Shown piece by piece: positions 54,825 through 64,000 of a DNA stretch of 64,000 nucleotides. Positions within the stretch are counted from its first letter, which is position 1. The number at the start of each line of letters is the position of its first letter. The notes below the pieces were generated by a model. It saw only the letters and a list, made by a program, of their open reading frames with translations, ran no database searches and was not told where the DNA came from. The translations under genes were made by a program, and so were the position numbers. Source of the DNA: DHVE2 group archaeon (GTDB lineage: Archaea; Thermoplasmatota; Thermoplasmata; Thermoplasmatales; Aciduliprofundaceae); contig WAKX01000040.1 in NCBI GenBank assembly GCA_015523125.1, positions 19,601-83,600 on the forward strand, written 5' to 3'.

Positions 54825-57800
54825 TTATTTCTTTTCCTTTTTCTCTCCCTTGGATTTCTTCTTGAATTTCTTCTTCTCGCCCTTCTTCTGCATGTATCTC
54901 CAGCCAATGTATCCGCCTATTGCAATTATGGCAATTGAACCGCCGATTATGGCCGGCATCTTCCAGGGCGCCTGTTCAACTTTCACTGTCATTGTCTTGG
55001 AGTTGTCGCTTGTGTAGCTCGGAGGCTCGGTTGCGCATCCAACTTTCACTTTTATTGTGTAGTTCCCGGGTGCAGGTGGGGTCCAATACATGGTCTGCAC
55101 TGCATAAGTTCCATTCTTGAGGTTGTGGAAAGTCTGATTAGCAGCAACCTTGCCATTCACATATATTGCTATCCAATAAGTGGTTGCTACGGTATCGCCG
55201 TTGTTGGAAACATTCACTACGAAGCTCAGCTTATTTCCCTCAACTCTATCTCCCTTTATATCCACGCTGTTCAGGGTTAGATCCGGTCTTACGGGTGTAA
55301 CCCTGAGGGTCTTGTTAACCACATTGTAATTTCCTGCTCCATCTGTAACATTGAGTATTATGTAGTATGTGCCGTACTTGTGGAATTTAAGTGTTACATT
55401 TCCAGAGGCAAAGCTGCCATTCACAATATCGTATATCCCATCGGTGACATTGATTACCTTGTAATTTTCGTCCTTGATCGTCCAGTTATAGCTGGCAATC
55501 GTTCCATTCTCGGGATCATAGCTACCGGTTGCATCCAAAGTCACGTTCTCCTCTTCTTTCACTTCGTTCACATTCTTGCCGTTTACGGTGAAATTCAACT
55601 TAACTACCGGCTTTGTGATATCTTTAACTTCAACGGGCAAGGAGATTATAATAGTGTTATTCACAGAATCTGTGAGAGTCACATTCACGTAATAATTGCC
55701 TTTTCTGGAAGGTACGTCGAACGCGTAGCTTCTGTTGTCACCGGTGCTCTTATTTCCGTTGAAGTTCCACTCCACAATCACAGGCAGATTTGTCTTGTTC
55801 ACCGTATCATAGGTATCGTACGAAGAGGAGGCATCATATACTATCTCCTGCGATTCATTAATAACCAGCTTTGGTCCAATCTTTACCAGATAGGTTGTGC
55901 CGTTGCGCCACGCGTGGCCCGTGGTTCCGGTTACATTGTAATCAATACGTGCAATAGAAGAGTTGTCAGTCCAGAGCTTAGCCAGAACCTTGCCAGAGGG
56001 GTCTGTGATTGTTATGTTCACAGTTGGCCAAATATTGTCCGCAAGAAGCGTCACATTGGTTTCATTTGTGTTTCCACCAACATCTGCAACTTTGATTGTG
56101 AGGATGTGCTTCCCTCTTGCGAGGCTTCTGGTTATGTTGTAATGAGCAACACCGCTGCTCACCTGCGAGCCATCGACCAACCAGGTATAAGTAGTATTAT
56201 CCGCATCCATTTTATCACGAACAACGTCATACACCATCTTGGAAGCGTTGAACCACACGGCCTTGTATGCGGGAATCACAACGGTATAGTTATCTGCGGA
56301 CTGATTCACAATGTGATTCACGTTGGTCATATTGGCCCAGCCTATTACAAAGTGCTCGTTATCCAGAGTTATCGCCGGGCTCTTTCTCTCCTTAAGGTCT
56401 ATCTGAACCACGTTCGTCTTTATTTCACTCACAGATATTTGATTCACATAGCCAGAAACAGTGGCTCCCTGAACATCGTTGCTCCTCTCCAAGTAGGAGG
56501 GAATGTTCAACTTATAAGCATACACAATAGACGCACCTTCGATGTGATCCATTTTTCCGTAGAGAGCAACATTCACCACACCATCTTCGAGCATTTTGCT
56601 CTTCTTTACATCCCCGTTATGATAATAAGCGTTTATCTGCAAGGTGTATCTCTCATTTGCAGAATCAACTGGAGTTACCTGGGAGTTCACATGATCAAGA
56701 GAGTATATCTCATTATCCAGAGTGATTATGTCCGTGGTGTAATCATAGTATTTGTTCTTTAGATAATTTACCAAATCAGTATTTGACCATCCCAACAGCT
56801 TCATCTGATAGTAAAGTATGCCTGTATCGCTATACGGAAGCCCGTAAATCACGGATTTGTTAGATATGTCGATTGTGTATGAGACATTCACCCATGTCAA
56901 ATCAGATGAAAGAGAAATGTCAGCATTCACGTTGTTTGTGACCTTTGTCACGGCTGCGCTGATCTCGCTTGTAGTTGCGTCCTGCTCCACTATGCTGTAT
57001 CCATCCGCAGTAATAACGAGCTTGTAATTCAGAGAGGGCAGGTAGAAGCTGAAAGCTCCGCCGTTGAATGTGAGCACGTTCCAAACATCACCGGTTGTTT
57101 TATTTAATACCACTATGTGTGTAGTAGTATTCACTATCTTGCTGGAATCGCGGACAGTGCCGAGAATCCTGTAGTAGTTATCTAAGTCGATTGAAACATT
57201 CTTGTGGGTATCACTGGCTGCAATCTCCACATCCTTGTAGTAATCCTTCTCAACACCGCCTTCGTTGTATGCAACCTTCACCGTAACTGTTCCCTGAGTC
57301 ACATTGAAGGTCTGATTTCCAAATACGTTCATCTCGGCGAACTGACAGCCGTCGAAGTACATGCTTACATCGGCAACTATGGGCAAACCGCCCTTCGTTA
57401 TGGTCAAATTAAGCACGTGAGATAGAGGATATCTCTCCACGGTTAAGCTGGTGAACGCACTTCCATCAATCTTTTTAAGCCCGCTCTGGTCCAAGCGAAT
57501 CACAGCGGAAGCGGACTTGTAAACGTACATTCCCTTGCTAACCGCATTTACCTTCACAACATAATTCCCATAAACCACGTTTGTGAATTCAACTATTCCA
57601 TTAGATGTTGAATTGCTCACATCTATAAAGTGTCCATCCATATCATACAGATATGCGGAAACATCGCTAAGATAATAGCTATCTCCACTCTCAACATCAT
57701 CATACAGGAGTACGAAATCGATTGTCCCTTTCTGCGGCTCCAATGCGTGAACGGTCCCTGCAACCACGATAGCGCTAAATAGCACTATCAGAATCGCTGC

Positions 57801-57836
57801 CAACACTTCCGCCTTTTTACTTATTTTTGCGCTCAT
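54825..57836 (-). CDS. Large secreted, N-glycosylation-sequon-rich, C-terminally anchored surface protein with PKD/Ig-like and CARDB domains (S-layer-type candidate)
   Basis: Signal peptide MSAKISKKAEVLAAILIVLFSAIVVAGTVHA. By my count there are roughly forty N-x-S/T sequons. The CARDB-like segment DLTLNSVDIKGD...VVNVSNNGDT...PGNYTIKVKV lies at ~55040-55290. A TM helix and a K-rich tail follow. A GGAGGG SD (57845-57850) and a TATA-like tatttaaac (~57882-57890) lie upstream. The ORF extends to 57911. Confidence 0.8.
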   Translation of the reverse strand: MSAKISKKAEVLAAILIVLFSAIVVAGTVHALEPQKGTIDFVLLYDDVESGDSYYLSDVSAYLYDMDGHFIDVSNSTSNGIVEFTNVVYGNYVVKVNAVSKGMYVYKSASAVIRLDQSGLKKIDGSAFTSLTVERYPLSHVLNLTITKGGLPIVADVSMYFDGCQFAEMNVFGNQTFNVTQGTVTVKVAYNEGGVEKDYYKDVEIAASDTHKNVSIDLDNYYRILGTVRDSSKIVNTTTHIVVLNKTTGDVWNVLTFNGGAFSFYLPSLNYKLVITADGYSIVEQDATTSEISAAVTKVTNNVNADISLSSDLTWVNVSYTIDISNKSVIYGLPYSDTGILYYQMKLLGWSNTDLVNYLKNKYYDYTTDIITLDNEIYSLDHVNSQVTPVDSANERYTLQINAYYHNGDVKKSKMLEDGVVNVALYGKMDHIEGASIVYAYKLNIPSYLERSNDVQGATVSGYVNQISVSEIKTNVVQIDLKERKSPAITLDNEHFVIGWANMTNVNHIVNQSADNYTVVIPAYKAVWFNASKMVYDVVRDKMDADNTTYTWLVDGSQVSSGVAHYNITRSLARGKHILTIKVADVGGNTNETNVTLLADNIWPTVNITITDPSGKVLAKLWTDNSSIARIDYNVTGTTGHAWRNGTTYLVKIGPKLVINESQEIVYDASSSYDTYDTVNKTNLPVIVEWNFNGNKSTGDNRSYAFDVPSRKGNYYVNVTLTDSVNNTIIISLPVEVKDITKPVVKLNFTVNGKNVNEVKEEENVTLDATGSYDPENGTIASYNWTIKDENYKVINVTDGIYDIVNGSFASGNVTLKFHKYGTYYIILNVTDGAGNYNVVNKTLRVTPVRPDLTLNSVDIKGDRVEGNKLSFVVNVSNNGDTVATTYWIAIYVNGKVAANQTFHNLKNGTYAVQTMYWTPPAPGNYTIKVKVGCATEPPSYTSDNSKTMTVKVEQAPWKMPAIIGGSIAIIAIGGYIGWRYMQKKGEKKKFKKKSKGEKKEKK

Positions 57837-57897
57837 GGTATATTCCCTCCATATTGTGCTGGTGAGGGAAAACACTTTCCGTTTAAATACTTTTCTT

Positions 57898-58566
57898 TTA
57901 CTGCGATTCATAAATTTTGCCGTCTTCTATCTTCAGAACGCGGGTTGCATAATCTAAGAGACGCAAATCATGGGTGGCGATAATCACCGTCTTTCCCTCG
58001 TCGTTCAGCTTTTTGAACAATTTAATTATGCTCAATCCGGTTTCCGTATCCAATTCACCCGTGGGTTCGTCCGCGAGGATGATTGGAGGATCTAATGCAA
58101 GAGCAACAGCAATTGCGACCCTCTGCTGCTCGCCACCGCTCATCTCATCGGGATAATGCTTCTCCCTGTGCTCCATACCCACCAACTTTAAAAGTTCTTT
58201 GGCCCTTTCCTTTTTATTTTCCACCTTCCCGGAGAATTGCATTGGGAGCATGACATTTTCCAACGCATTAAGAGTAGGAACCAAATTGAAAAACTGGAAA
58301 ACAACCCCAACCCTGTTTCTCCTGTAATCCGTTAATTCCTTATCGTTGAAAAGCGATATATTTTCCCCGTTAACAACTATTTTTCCGGCCGTTGGCCTAT
58401 CGATGCCCCCCAATAGATGCAGGAAGGTGGTTTTCCCCGAGCCGCTGGGCCCCACCAACATTACCATTTCCCCGTCTTCAATCTTGAGCGATACGTCCCT
58501 TATAGCTATTACCTCTATTTTTCCTCTTCTGTAGACTTTTATCAGGTGCTCGATTTCTATCATCAC
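57898..58566 (-). CDS. ABC transporter ATP-binding protein, MacB/LolD type
   Basis: GPSGSGKTT, VFQFFNL, MSGGEQQR, ILADEPT and ATHD. There is an ATGA overlap with the upstream permease. Confidence 0.93.
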   Translation of the reverse strand: MMIEIEHLIKVYRRGKIEVIAIRDVSLKIEDGEMVMLVGPSGSGKTTFLHLLGGIDRPTAGKIVVNGENISLFNDKELTDYRRNRVGVVFQFFNLVPTLNALENVMLPMQFSGKVENKKERAKELLKLVGMEHREKHYPDEMSGGEQQRVAIAVALALDPPIILADEPTGELDTETGLSIIKLFKKLNDEGKTVIIATHDLRLLDYATRVLKIEDGKIYESQ

Positions 58567-61073
58567 ATCTCACCTCCGAGTGAGCGAAGAACCTCGCTCT
58601 CTTTAACCCTAGAGAACATAAAAGAAATTATGTACTGGGAGAGCAGGAACATGAGTATCATAACAGAGGTAACCACCGCGAAATTGTAGCCGAAGGTGAA
58701 AAATGGGGGCATGCGCATCATGGTCTCTTCCATGGTAACCCACGTGTACGATAGGGCGAGGCCCACCGATAAACCGATTATAGAGGAGAGAATAATAATG
58801 GTCACTCCTTCAACCATTAAAATCGCCGTTACCTGTTTTCTTCTAGCCCCACGCACTTTGTAAAGAGAAATTTCCCCGCGCCTGTTGAAATAGAGGGAGT
58901 ATTGGATTATGAATATGGTTGCACTTCCTAAAAGAATCATGAAAGCTTCAGCCGTGAGTATGAAATAATGTGCGTAATTCTCCCCACCGCTCTTCCTTTC
59001 CTCATATCGAACGTTCTTCTCATTCAACTCTTTCTTCAGAGCCTCATAATTTTTCGCCTTCAGAATTAGAGATGTGGCATTTTTCACATTTACATTTTTA
59101 TTAATTAATATGGTGTCATCATCCGGAAGTCCGGGGATGGAATACATCACCGCACCCACTATGTATTTTTTAGTTGAGGTGTGGCTCATTCCGCTATAGT
59201 TGTGGGTGGTTATTGTTACATAAATCGGATCTCCAGGTTTGAGGGAATACCGGTTCGCCAAGTACTCCGTTATGGCAACCCTGTCATTTCTCAACGAGCC
59301 CTTCTCGATGAAATAATCCAAATGGTAAACGCTCTTCGTGTAGTTCTCAAAATTCACATAAATCACTTCGGAAGCTTCATTGAATAGCAACGAATCATAA
59401 TTTACGGAGAGCCAGCAGTGCGCACTCTGATTCTTCGAATTAGAGATTTCTTTGATGACCTCGAGGTTTACCGGGTCGTTTCCCTGCTCTAAATCCACGC
59501 GGAAATCTCCGCCTACAAACATCACATGCTGAATATCGTTCATCATGCCCTGATTGTCGTTCATAGACGACATGAATGAAGAATACGTGAGAATGAATGC
59601 CAAAATGAACGCTATATATGCTATATTCTTCGGGTTTCTACTCATACCCTTCTTCGCAAGTGCACCAGAAGTTCCAGTGAGTTTAGATATACCATTAGCC
59701 ATTATTTGATAAAATTTCTGAGTGCCTAAAGTCAGGAGCCGGGCCATGGAGAGGGGCAACACGATCAAAATAACGGGGAACAGGAATCCGAAAATCCCAA
59801 TTCCAATTATGGCAAGTATCATAATTAAATTGAAGCCTTGCTGGTAAGAGAAACTGTGGGCAAGGTAAAGCACGATGATAATGTATCCCCAGAAGATACT
59901 GGATAATACCATGTCCCTAGTGGCCGAGTACTCCACCTCCTTAAATCTCTGAGAATAATGGGTTATCAGCTCTAAAATCGGGGTGGTGTTTATCTTCTTC
60001 CATGGCTTGTAAAGCGCCATAAAAAACAGGAAAAACGAGGTAATTATCGAAGCAATAACATAACTCCAGCCCCAGTCCAATGTAAAGAATGGAATTTGGA
60101 ATATGGAAATATTCATAGCGTAGGCGACAAATTCCCCCAATAGATAGCCAACAACTCCGCCTATCAATGAATAAATCACCGATTCGTAAAACAGGAGCTT
60201 AAACCTCTGAAAACCCGTGGCGCCCCTTATTTTAAGCACCCCGAACTCCCTTCTCCTCTCCGTGAGCTCGATTTCGATGGCAACCTTGGAGAGATAAGAG
60301 CCCATCACAATTATGGGCAGTGATATTACCAGGGCACCAATCATACTCATCATATCCGCGCTATACTGAAAATTTGTATTTACGTTCGAGGAGCTGCTGT
60401 ACTGGGAGACCACGTAATATATTTCATTCTGAATTTCGCTTAACTTTTTGTTAATCTCGCTCACACTTGAAGACTCTAAAAGATATTCCGCATCGATTTT
60501 CACCCAGAAAAATGCCATGGTGGATGGAAAAACTTTTTTCATGGTGGATAAAGTAGTATAGGAATCGACGTAATAATCCCTATTAAAAGAGGTGAACATG
60601 CCAACGATCCTGAAACTTACATTCTTCACTCCACTGCCCCCTGGCGCGGTGCAGTTCACCACCGAGCCAACTGAGAGATTTTCCCCCATTGCAAAACCAT
60701 AATCCACGGCTATTTCATAATCGCTCTTGGGCAATCTACCTTCTTTCAGAACCAAAGTGTTGTTTGCGTTGGGCCAGTACCCAATCACCATTTGCCCCGT
60801 ATAATTTTCCGTGTTTGCCTCCACTATAGTGGATATATACCCAGTAACCCCCTCCACGTGTTTCACATTCTTTATCGAATCGAGTAATTTCTCGTAGTTA
60901 GAAGGATTTATATTTGCGGTGACGGCGATTTGGTACGGACTCTCTTCGAGGCTCTCATAAAGGGATAATCGGCTGAAATTGTTGCCGAGGGTGAACATGG
61001 AAAATATTATCGCCACAGCTAAAATCACACCCATGGTGGTGGTTGCCATCCTCCTCTTCGAGATTACGCGCAT
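58563..61073 (-). CDS. Double-module FtsX-family ABC permease (YbbP-like, ~10 TM)
   Basis: 836 aa with two FtsX modules (VLKIRGATGFQRFKL..., LYKVRGARRKQVTAIL...), each preceded by an extracytoplasmic MacB-PCD-like loop. Confidence 0.88.
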   Translation of the reverse strand: MRVISKRRMATTTMGVILAVAIIFSMFTLGNNFSRLSLYESLEESPYQIAVTANINPSNYEKLLDSIKNVKHVEGVTGYISTIVEANTENYTGQMVIGYWPNANNTLVLKEGRLPKSDYEIAVDYGFAMGENLSVGSVVNCTAPGGSGVKNVSFRIVGMFTSFNRDYYVDSYTTLSTMKKVFPSTMAFFWVKIDAEYLLESSSVSEINKKLSEIQNEIYYVVSQYSSSSNVNTNFQYSADMMSMIGALVISLPIIVMGSYLSKVAIEIELTERRREFGVLKIRGATGFQRFKLLFYESVIYSLIGGVVGYLLGEFVAYAMNISIFQIPFFTLDWGWSYVIASIITSFFLFFMALYKPWKKINTTPILELITHYSQRFKEVEYSATRDMVLSSIFWGYIIIVLYLAHSFSYQQGFNLIMILAIIGIGIFGFLFPVILIVLPLSMARLLTLGTQKFYQIMANGISKLTGTSGALAKKGMSRNPKNIAYIAFILAFILTYSSFMSSMNDNQGMMNDIQHVMFVGGDFRVDLEQGNDPVNLEVIKEISNSKNQSAHCWLSVNYDSLLFNEASEVIYVNFENYTKSVYHLDYFIEKGSLRNDRVAITEYLANRYSLKPGDPIYVTITTHNYSGMSHTSTKKYIVGAVMYSIPGLPDDDTILINKNVNVKNATSLILKAKNYEALKKELNEKNVRYEERKSGGENYAHYFILTAEAFMILLGSATIFIIQYSLYFNRRGEISLYKVRGARRKQVTAILMVEGVTIIILSSIIGLSVGLALSYTWVTMEETMMRMPPFFTFGYNFAVVTSVMILMFLLSQYIISFMFSRVKESEVLRSLGGEM

Positions 61074-61224
61074 AGGAGGTTATATGAGATCATTTTAAAA
61101 ATTTTTTTATGATCCAATTTGAGTTTTTAAAAATAATATTAACGCAAAATAAAAATTAAGTGGTTATATGTACTGAGTGTGAGCCAAAGCACCCTCTACT
61201 AGAAAAATTTTAAATATTTGACAC

Positions 61225-62388
61225 ATGTTTTCTATGGGTGATTCAGAAATGTGGATCCCGTATGTGTTCTGGCCAACATTCGTGGCTTCGGTTATAAGTA
61301 TATTTTTAGTTGTATACGTGCTGAAAGCTGATATAAGAAAGGCCGGGAACATGGCCGCATTTTTTATGTTTCTATCAGTTCTAATATGGAGCATCGGTGA
61401 GCTTATAGAGCGTATTGCAGGACCACCAAATAATGATATTTATTTAGCATACTTTGGTGCGAGATTTCTATTTTTTGGTATCGCTATCCTCTCTGCTGCA
61501 TTTATCCACTTTGCCATAGATTACCCTTACAGGATAAAAATAAGCAAATCTTTAAGAAAAATCATTATTTATGCTGTTTACGGATTTTCAGCAATGGGCA
61601 TACTTTTGGATATCTTAGATAATTTTTTGGGAAAGTTGGTAATTGCGAGTGAATCCCCGTATTCGGCCTTCGGCCAAACTGTATGGGGACTTGATCCCGG
61701 ATTAATTTACAAAATATATATAACGTGGCTGTTCTTAGCAGGACTCATTCTTTTGGCTGCACTCCTGTGGAAGCTAAGAAACGTGAAAATGAAAATTGTG
61801 AGGATGCAGATATGGCTTACATTCACCGGCCTTATTATAGCATACGTGCTCATAACTTTAACAGGTTTGGTGCCTGTTCTTCTCGGGATACAGATGTACC
61901 CTCTTACAACGGTATCATTCTCGATATTTGGATTATTTACAATATACACAATCTATCGCTACAGACTGTTCATTGTGGTTCCAGCTACCGAGGAAATCGA
62001 ACTCCATGAGGAGATGCCGGAATCTGGTGTTTACAAATTGCCTAAAGATACAGCATTTCAGAGGTTTGCTAATTTAGCAAGATCGGGTTATAAAGCAATT
62101 GGATTTATAAGCCAAAACATAGCGGAATTCAAAGGAAAATATGGATTGAAGGCTACACCAATCTTCGAGATATCTGAGAATCCTGGAAAGGACCGTTTGA
62201 ATCCTGTGATTAAGGAGCAGAGGGAGATGATTCCCTTCATAATATCTACATTCATAGATGAAGTGGAAAATCCTGTTATTTTGATTGATTTTAGTGCAAA
62301 ACATATAGACGAGAATCTGAGAAAAAAAATAATGGAGGAAATAGAATCCATTGTGCAAGAAAATTGTGTGTTAATTGTTGCAGAGTAA
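61225..62388 (+). CDS. 7-TM sensor-like membrane domain fused to a DUF835-like (KaiC/RecA-derived, P-loop-less) cytoplasmic domain
   Basis: About 7 hydrophobic helices over the first ~250 aa. The C-terminal segment GYKAIGFISQN...ATPIFEISE...PVILIDFSAKHI resembles DUF835, from memory. No Walker A is present. Confidence 0.55.
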   Translation: MFSMGDSEMWIPYVFWPTFVASVISIFLVVYVLKADIRKAGNMAAFFMFLSVLIWSIGELIERIAGPPNNDIYLAYFGARFLFFGIAILSAAFIHFAIDYPYRIKISKSLRKIIIYAVYGFSAMGILLDILDNFLGKLVIASESPYSAFGQTVWGLDPGLIYKIYITWLFLAGLILLAALLWKLRNVKMKIVRMQIWLTFTGLIIAYVLITLTGLVPVLLGIQMYPLTTVSFSIFGLFTIYTIYRYRLFIVVPATEEIELHEEMPESGVYKLPKDTAFQRFANLARSGYKAIGFISQNIAEFKGKYGLKATPIFEISENPGKDRLNPVIKEQREMIPFIISTFIDEVENPVILIDFSAKHIDENLRKKIMEEIESIVQENCVLIVAE

Positions 62389-62448
62389 AGTTAAACTCAG
62401 TATATTTCACAGCGAAAAGTTTAATGATATAATAGTGAATTTCGCAGC

Positions 62449-62922
62449 ATGAACGAAATTGGTAGAATTCTCGTGGAGAGTGGATTAAAACTTGCCACTG
62501 CGGAATCCTGCACCGGCGGACTGCTGGGGGATGAGATAACAAACGTCTCGGGAGCTTCCAAGTATTATTTAGGCGGAGTTATAGCGTACAGCAACGATAT
62601 AAAGATGAAAGTTCTGAATGTGAAAAAAGAGACCCTCGAGAATCACGGCGCTGTGAGCAGAGAGTGCGCCGAGGAGATGGCGAGAGGTGTGGCTGAGTTA
62701 TTCAACTCGGACATAGCAATTGCAACCACGGGAATCGCCGGCCCGCGAGGAGGGAGCAAGGAGAAGCCCGTTGGATTGGTTTACATTGCATACTACATTT
62801 TCGGCAGTGTCGACGTGGAAGCCCGAAAATTCAAAGGTTCGAGAAGAGAAATAAAGAGAAAGATAGTGGAGCACGCTCTGGAAGTGATGGAGAGGAAAAT
62901 AGTTTATACGTTGAAATTATGA
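62449..62922 (+). CDS. pncC: CinA C-terminal domain protein / nicotinamide-nucleotide amidohydrolase PncC
   Basis: [13 protein letters not shown]...[19 protein letters not shown]...L.V...L...GAVS...A..MA.G, and TGIAGP.GG..EKPVG. Confidence 0.9.
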   Translation: MNEIGRILVESGLKLATAESCTGGLLGDEITNVSGASKYYLGGVIAYSNDIKMKVLNVKKETLENHGAVSRECAEEMARGVAELFNSDIAIATTGIAGPRGGSKEKPVGLVYIAYYIFGSVDVEARKFKGSRREIKRKIVEHALEVMERKIVYTLKL

Positions 62923-62931
62923 GGGTAGTAC

Positions 62932-64000
62932 ATGAAGTACATTATTGTGACAGGAGGCGTAATTTCAGGGCTCGGGAAGGGCATAACAACAAGCTCCATC
63001 GCGAAAATTCTCAAAACGCGAGGAATGAAGGTAACGGCCATAAAAATCGACCCCTACTTGAACTACGACGCAGGTACAATGAACCCTTACCAGCACGGTG
63101 AGGTTTTCGTGTTAGACGATGGGGGAGAAGTGGACTTGGATCTGGGAAACTACGAAAGGTTCCTGGATGAGAATTTGACGTTTGACCACAACATAACAAC
63201 CGGCAAGATTTACAAAACGGTCATCGAAAGGGAGAGGAAAGGTGAATATTTGGGCAAGACCGTTCAAATAATACCGCACATAACTGAAGAGATAAAGAGG
63301 AGAATAAAAAAAATAGGAATTGAGAGCGGCGCCGATGTGACCATCATCGAAATAGGAGGTACGGTTGGAGATATCGAGAGCATGCCATTCTTAGAAGCGG
63401 CGCGCCAGCTCTGGATAGAAGAAGGATTTAGGAACGTGCTTTTCGTTCACACAACCTTGGTGCCGATAATCGATGTGGTTGGAGAGCAGAAAACAAAACC
63501 CACGCAGCACAGCGTTAAAGAACTTCGTTCTCTGGGAATTCAACCGGACATAATAATTGGAAGGGCCAAGGAGAAACTCACCACGGAAACTCGAAGAAAG
63601 ATTTCCCTTTTCTGCAACGTGCCCTACGAGGCGGTGATAAGCGCGCCTGATGCAAAGTCAATATACGAAGTTCCCCTGATTTTCGAGGAGCAAGGACTAG
63701 GGGAATACATAATGGGCAAGCTCCAGCTCTGGGGCGAGAATCCAGAGTGGAAGGAGTGGAACAGATTCTTGAAGAACCTGAAAAATCCAAAAGATGAAGT
63801 GACCATAGCAATCGTGGGAAAGTACGTTCACCTGAAAGATTCTTACATAAGTCACAGGGAAGCTCTCGCCCATGTGGCGTCCAAACTGAAAACGAAGGTG
63901 AATATGAAGTGGATAGACAGCGAGAAAATAGAAGAGGATGGCCCTGAGATTCTTAAAGGCGCGCATGGAATTCTGATTCCCGGTGGATTCGGCTCCCGCG
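62932..64000 (+). CDS. pyrG: CTP synthase (5' part, runs off the window)
   Basis: My own translation is [66 protein letters not shown]...[15 protein letters not shown]. There is no stop before 64000. Confidence 0.95.
   Translation, partial: MKYIIVTGGVISGLGKGITTSSIAKILKTRGMKVTAIKIDPYLNYDAGTMNPYQHGEVFVLDDGGEVDLDLGNYERFLDENLTFDHNITTGKIYKTVIERERKGEYLGKTVQIIPHITEEIKRRIKKIGIESGADVTIIEIGGTVGDIESMPFLEAARQLWIEEGFRNVLFVHTTLVPIIDVVGEQKTKPTQHSVKELRSLGIQPDIIIGRAKEKLTTETRRKISLFCNVPYEAVISAPDAKSIYEVPLIFEEQGLGEYIMGKLQLWGENPEWKEWNRFLKNLKNPKDEVTIAIVGKYVHLKDSYISHREALAHVASKLKTKVNMKWIDSEKIEEDGPEILKGAHGILIPGGFGSR

Noticed and set aside
55380-56762. 460-aa ORF on the plus strand opposite the large surface protein gene
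   Set aside because: - It is the same aligned-antisense artefact.
- The minus-strand product has a signal peptide, sequons, a CARDB domain and a TM anchor.
- The plus-strand translation is low-complexity I/V/H/R/C-rich.
- I used it only as evidence for codon bias of the sense gene.
1-64000. CRISPR arrays, IS elements/transposases, prophage genes, restriction-modification or known toxin-antitoxin pairs
   Set aside because: - I scanned both strands by eye.
- I found no regularly spaced direct repeats, no DDE/serine/tyrosine recombinase motifs, and no capsid, terminase or methyltransferase signatures.

Overview
Archaeal chromosome segment, euryarchaeote-type. Evidence: PolD large subunit, TBP, PCNA, FEN-1, aEF-2/aEF-1alpha, KEOPS Pcc1, Spt4/Rpo7, IPK + type-2 IDI, GGAGGTGAT-type Shine-Dalgarno sites and many apparently leaderless genes. 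It is moderately AT-rich, very gene-dense, and has frequent 4-nt ATGA/GTGA start/stop overlaps. I call about 68 protein genes, one solitary 5S rRNA, two tRNA-Arg genes, and one small r-protein gene (S27ae) that is missing from the ORF track. I saw no CRISPR array, transposase, integrase or intein.

Housekeeping blocks:
- S12-S7-EF2-EF1a-S10
- Rpo7-Spt4-DPCK-S24e-S27ae-tRNAArg-ArgRS
- PolD-GPN GTPase
- IPK-IDI2-ZPR1

These alternate with accessory-looking, visibly more AT-rich envelope and signalling loci.

Most interesting observations:
1. A tightly coupled four-gene operon (36657-39808) encodes one intact KaiC-like ATPase, a P-loop-less RecA-fold protein, a KaiC-like protein lacking the Walker-A lysine, and a DUF763 protein carrying a helix-hairpin-helix motif.
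2. A MacB/LolCDE-like ABC system has an FtsX permease whose extracytoplasmic loop is expanded to about 1200 residues of CARDB/Ig-like modules, including three tandem ~180-aa repeats (39805-45631).
3. A second FtsX/ABC locus (54825-61073) encodes a comparable giant ectodomain as a separate, sequon-rich, membrane-anchored protein. Its own promoter and translation-factor-like codon usage make it an S-layer-type candidate.
4. Two further KaiC-family loci are present: RHH + double-domain KaiC, and 7TM + DUF835-like.
5. A membrane-tethered wHTH + HEPN/DUF4145-like protein.
6. A PadR-SdpI/DUF1648-ABC-2 module.

All domain calls come from motif recognition by eye. No searches were run.
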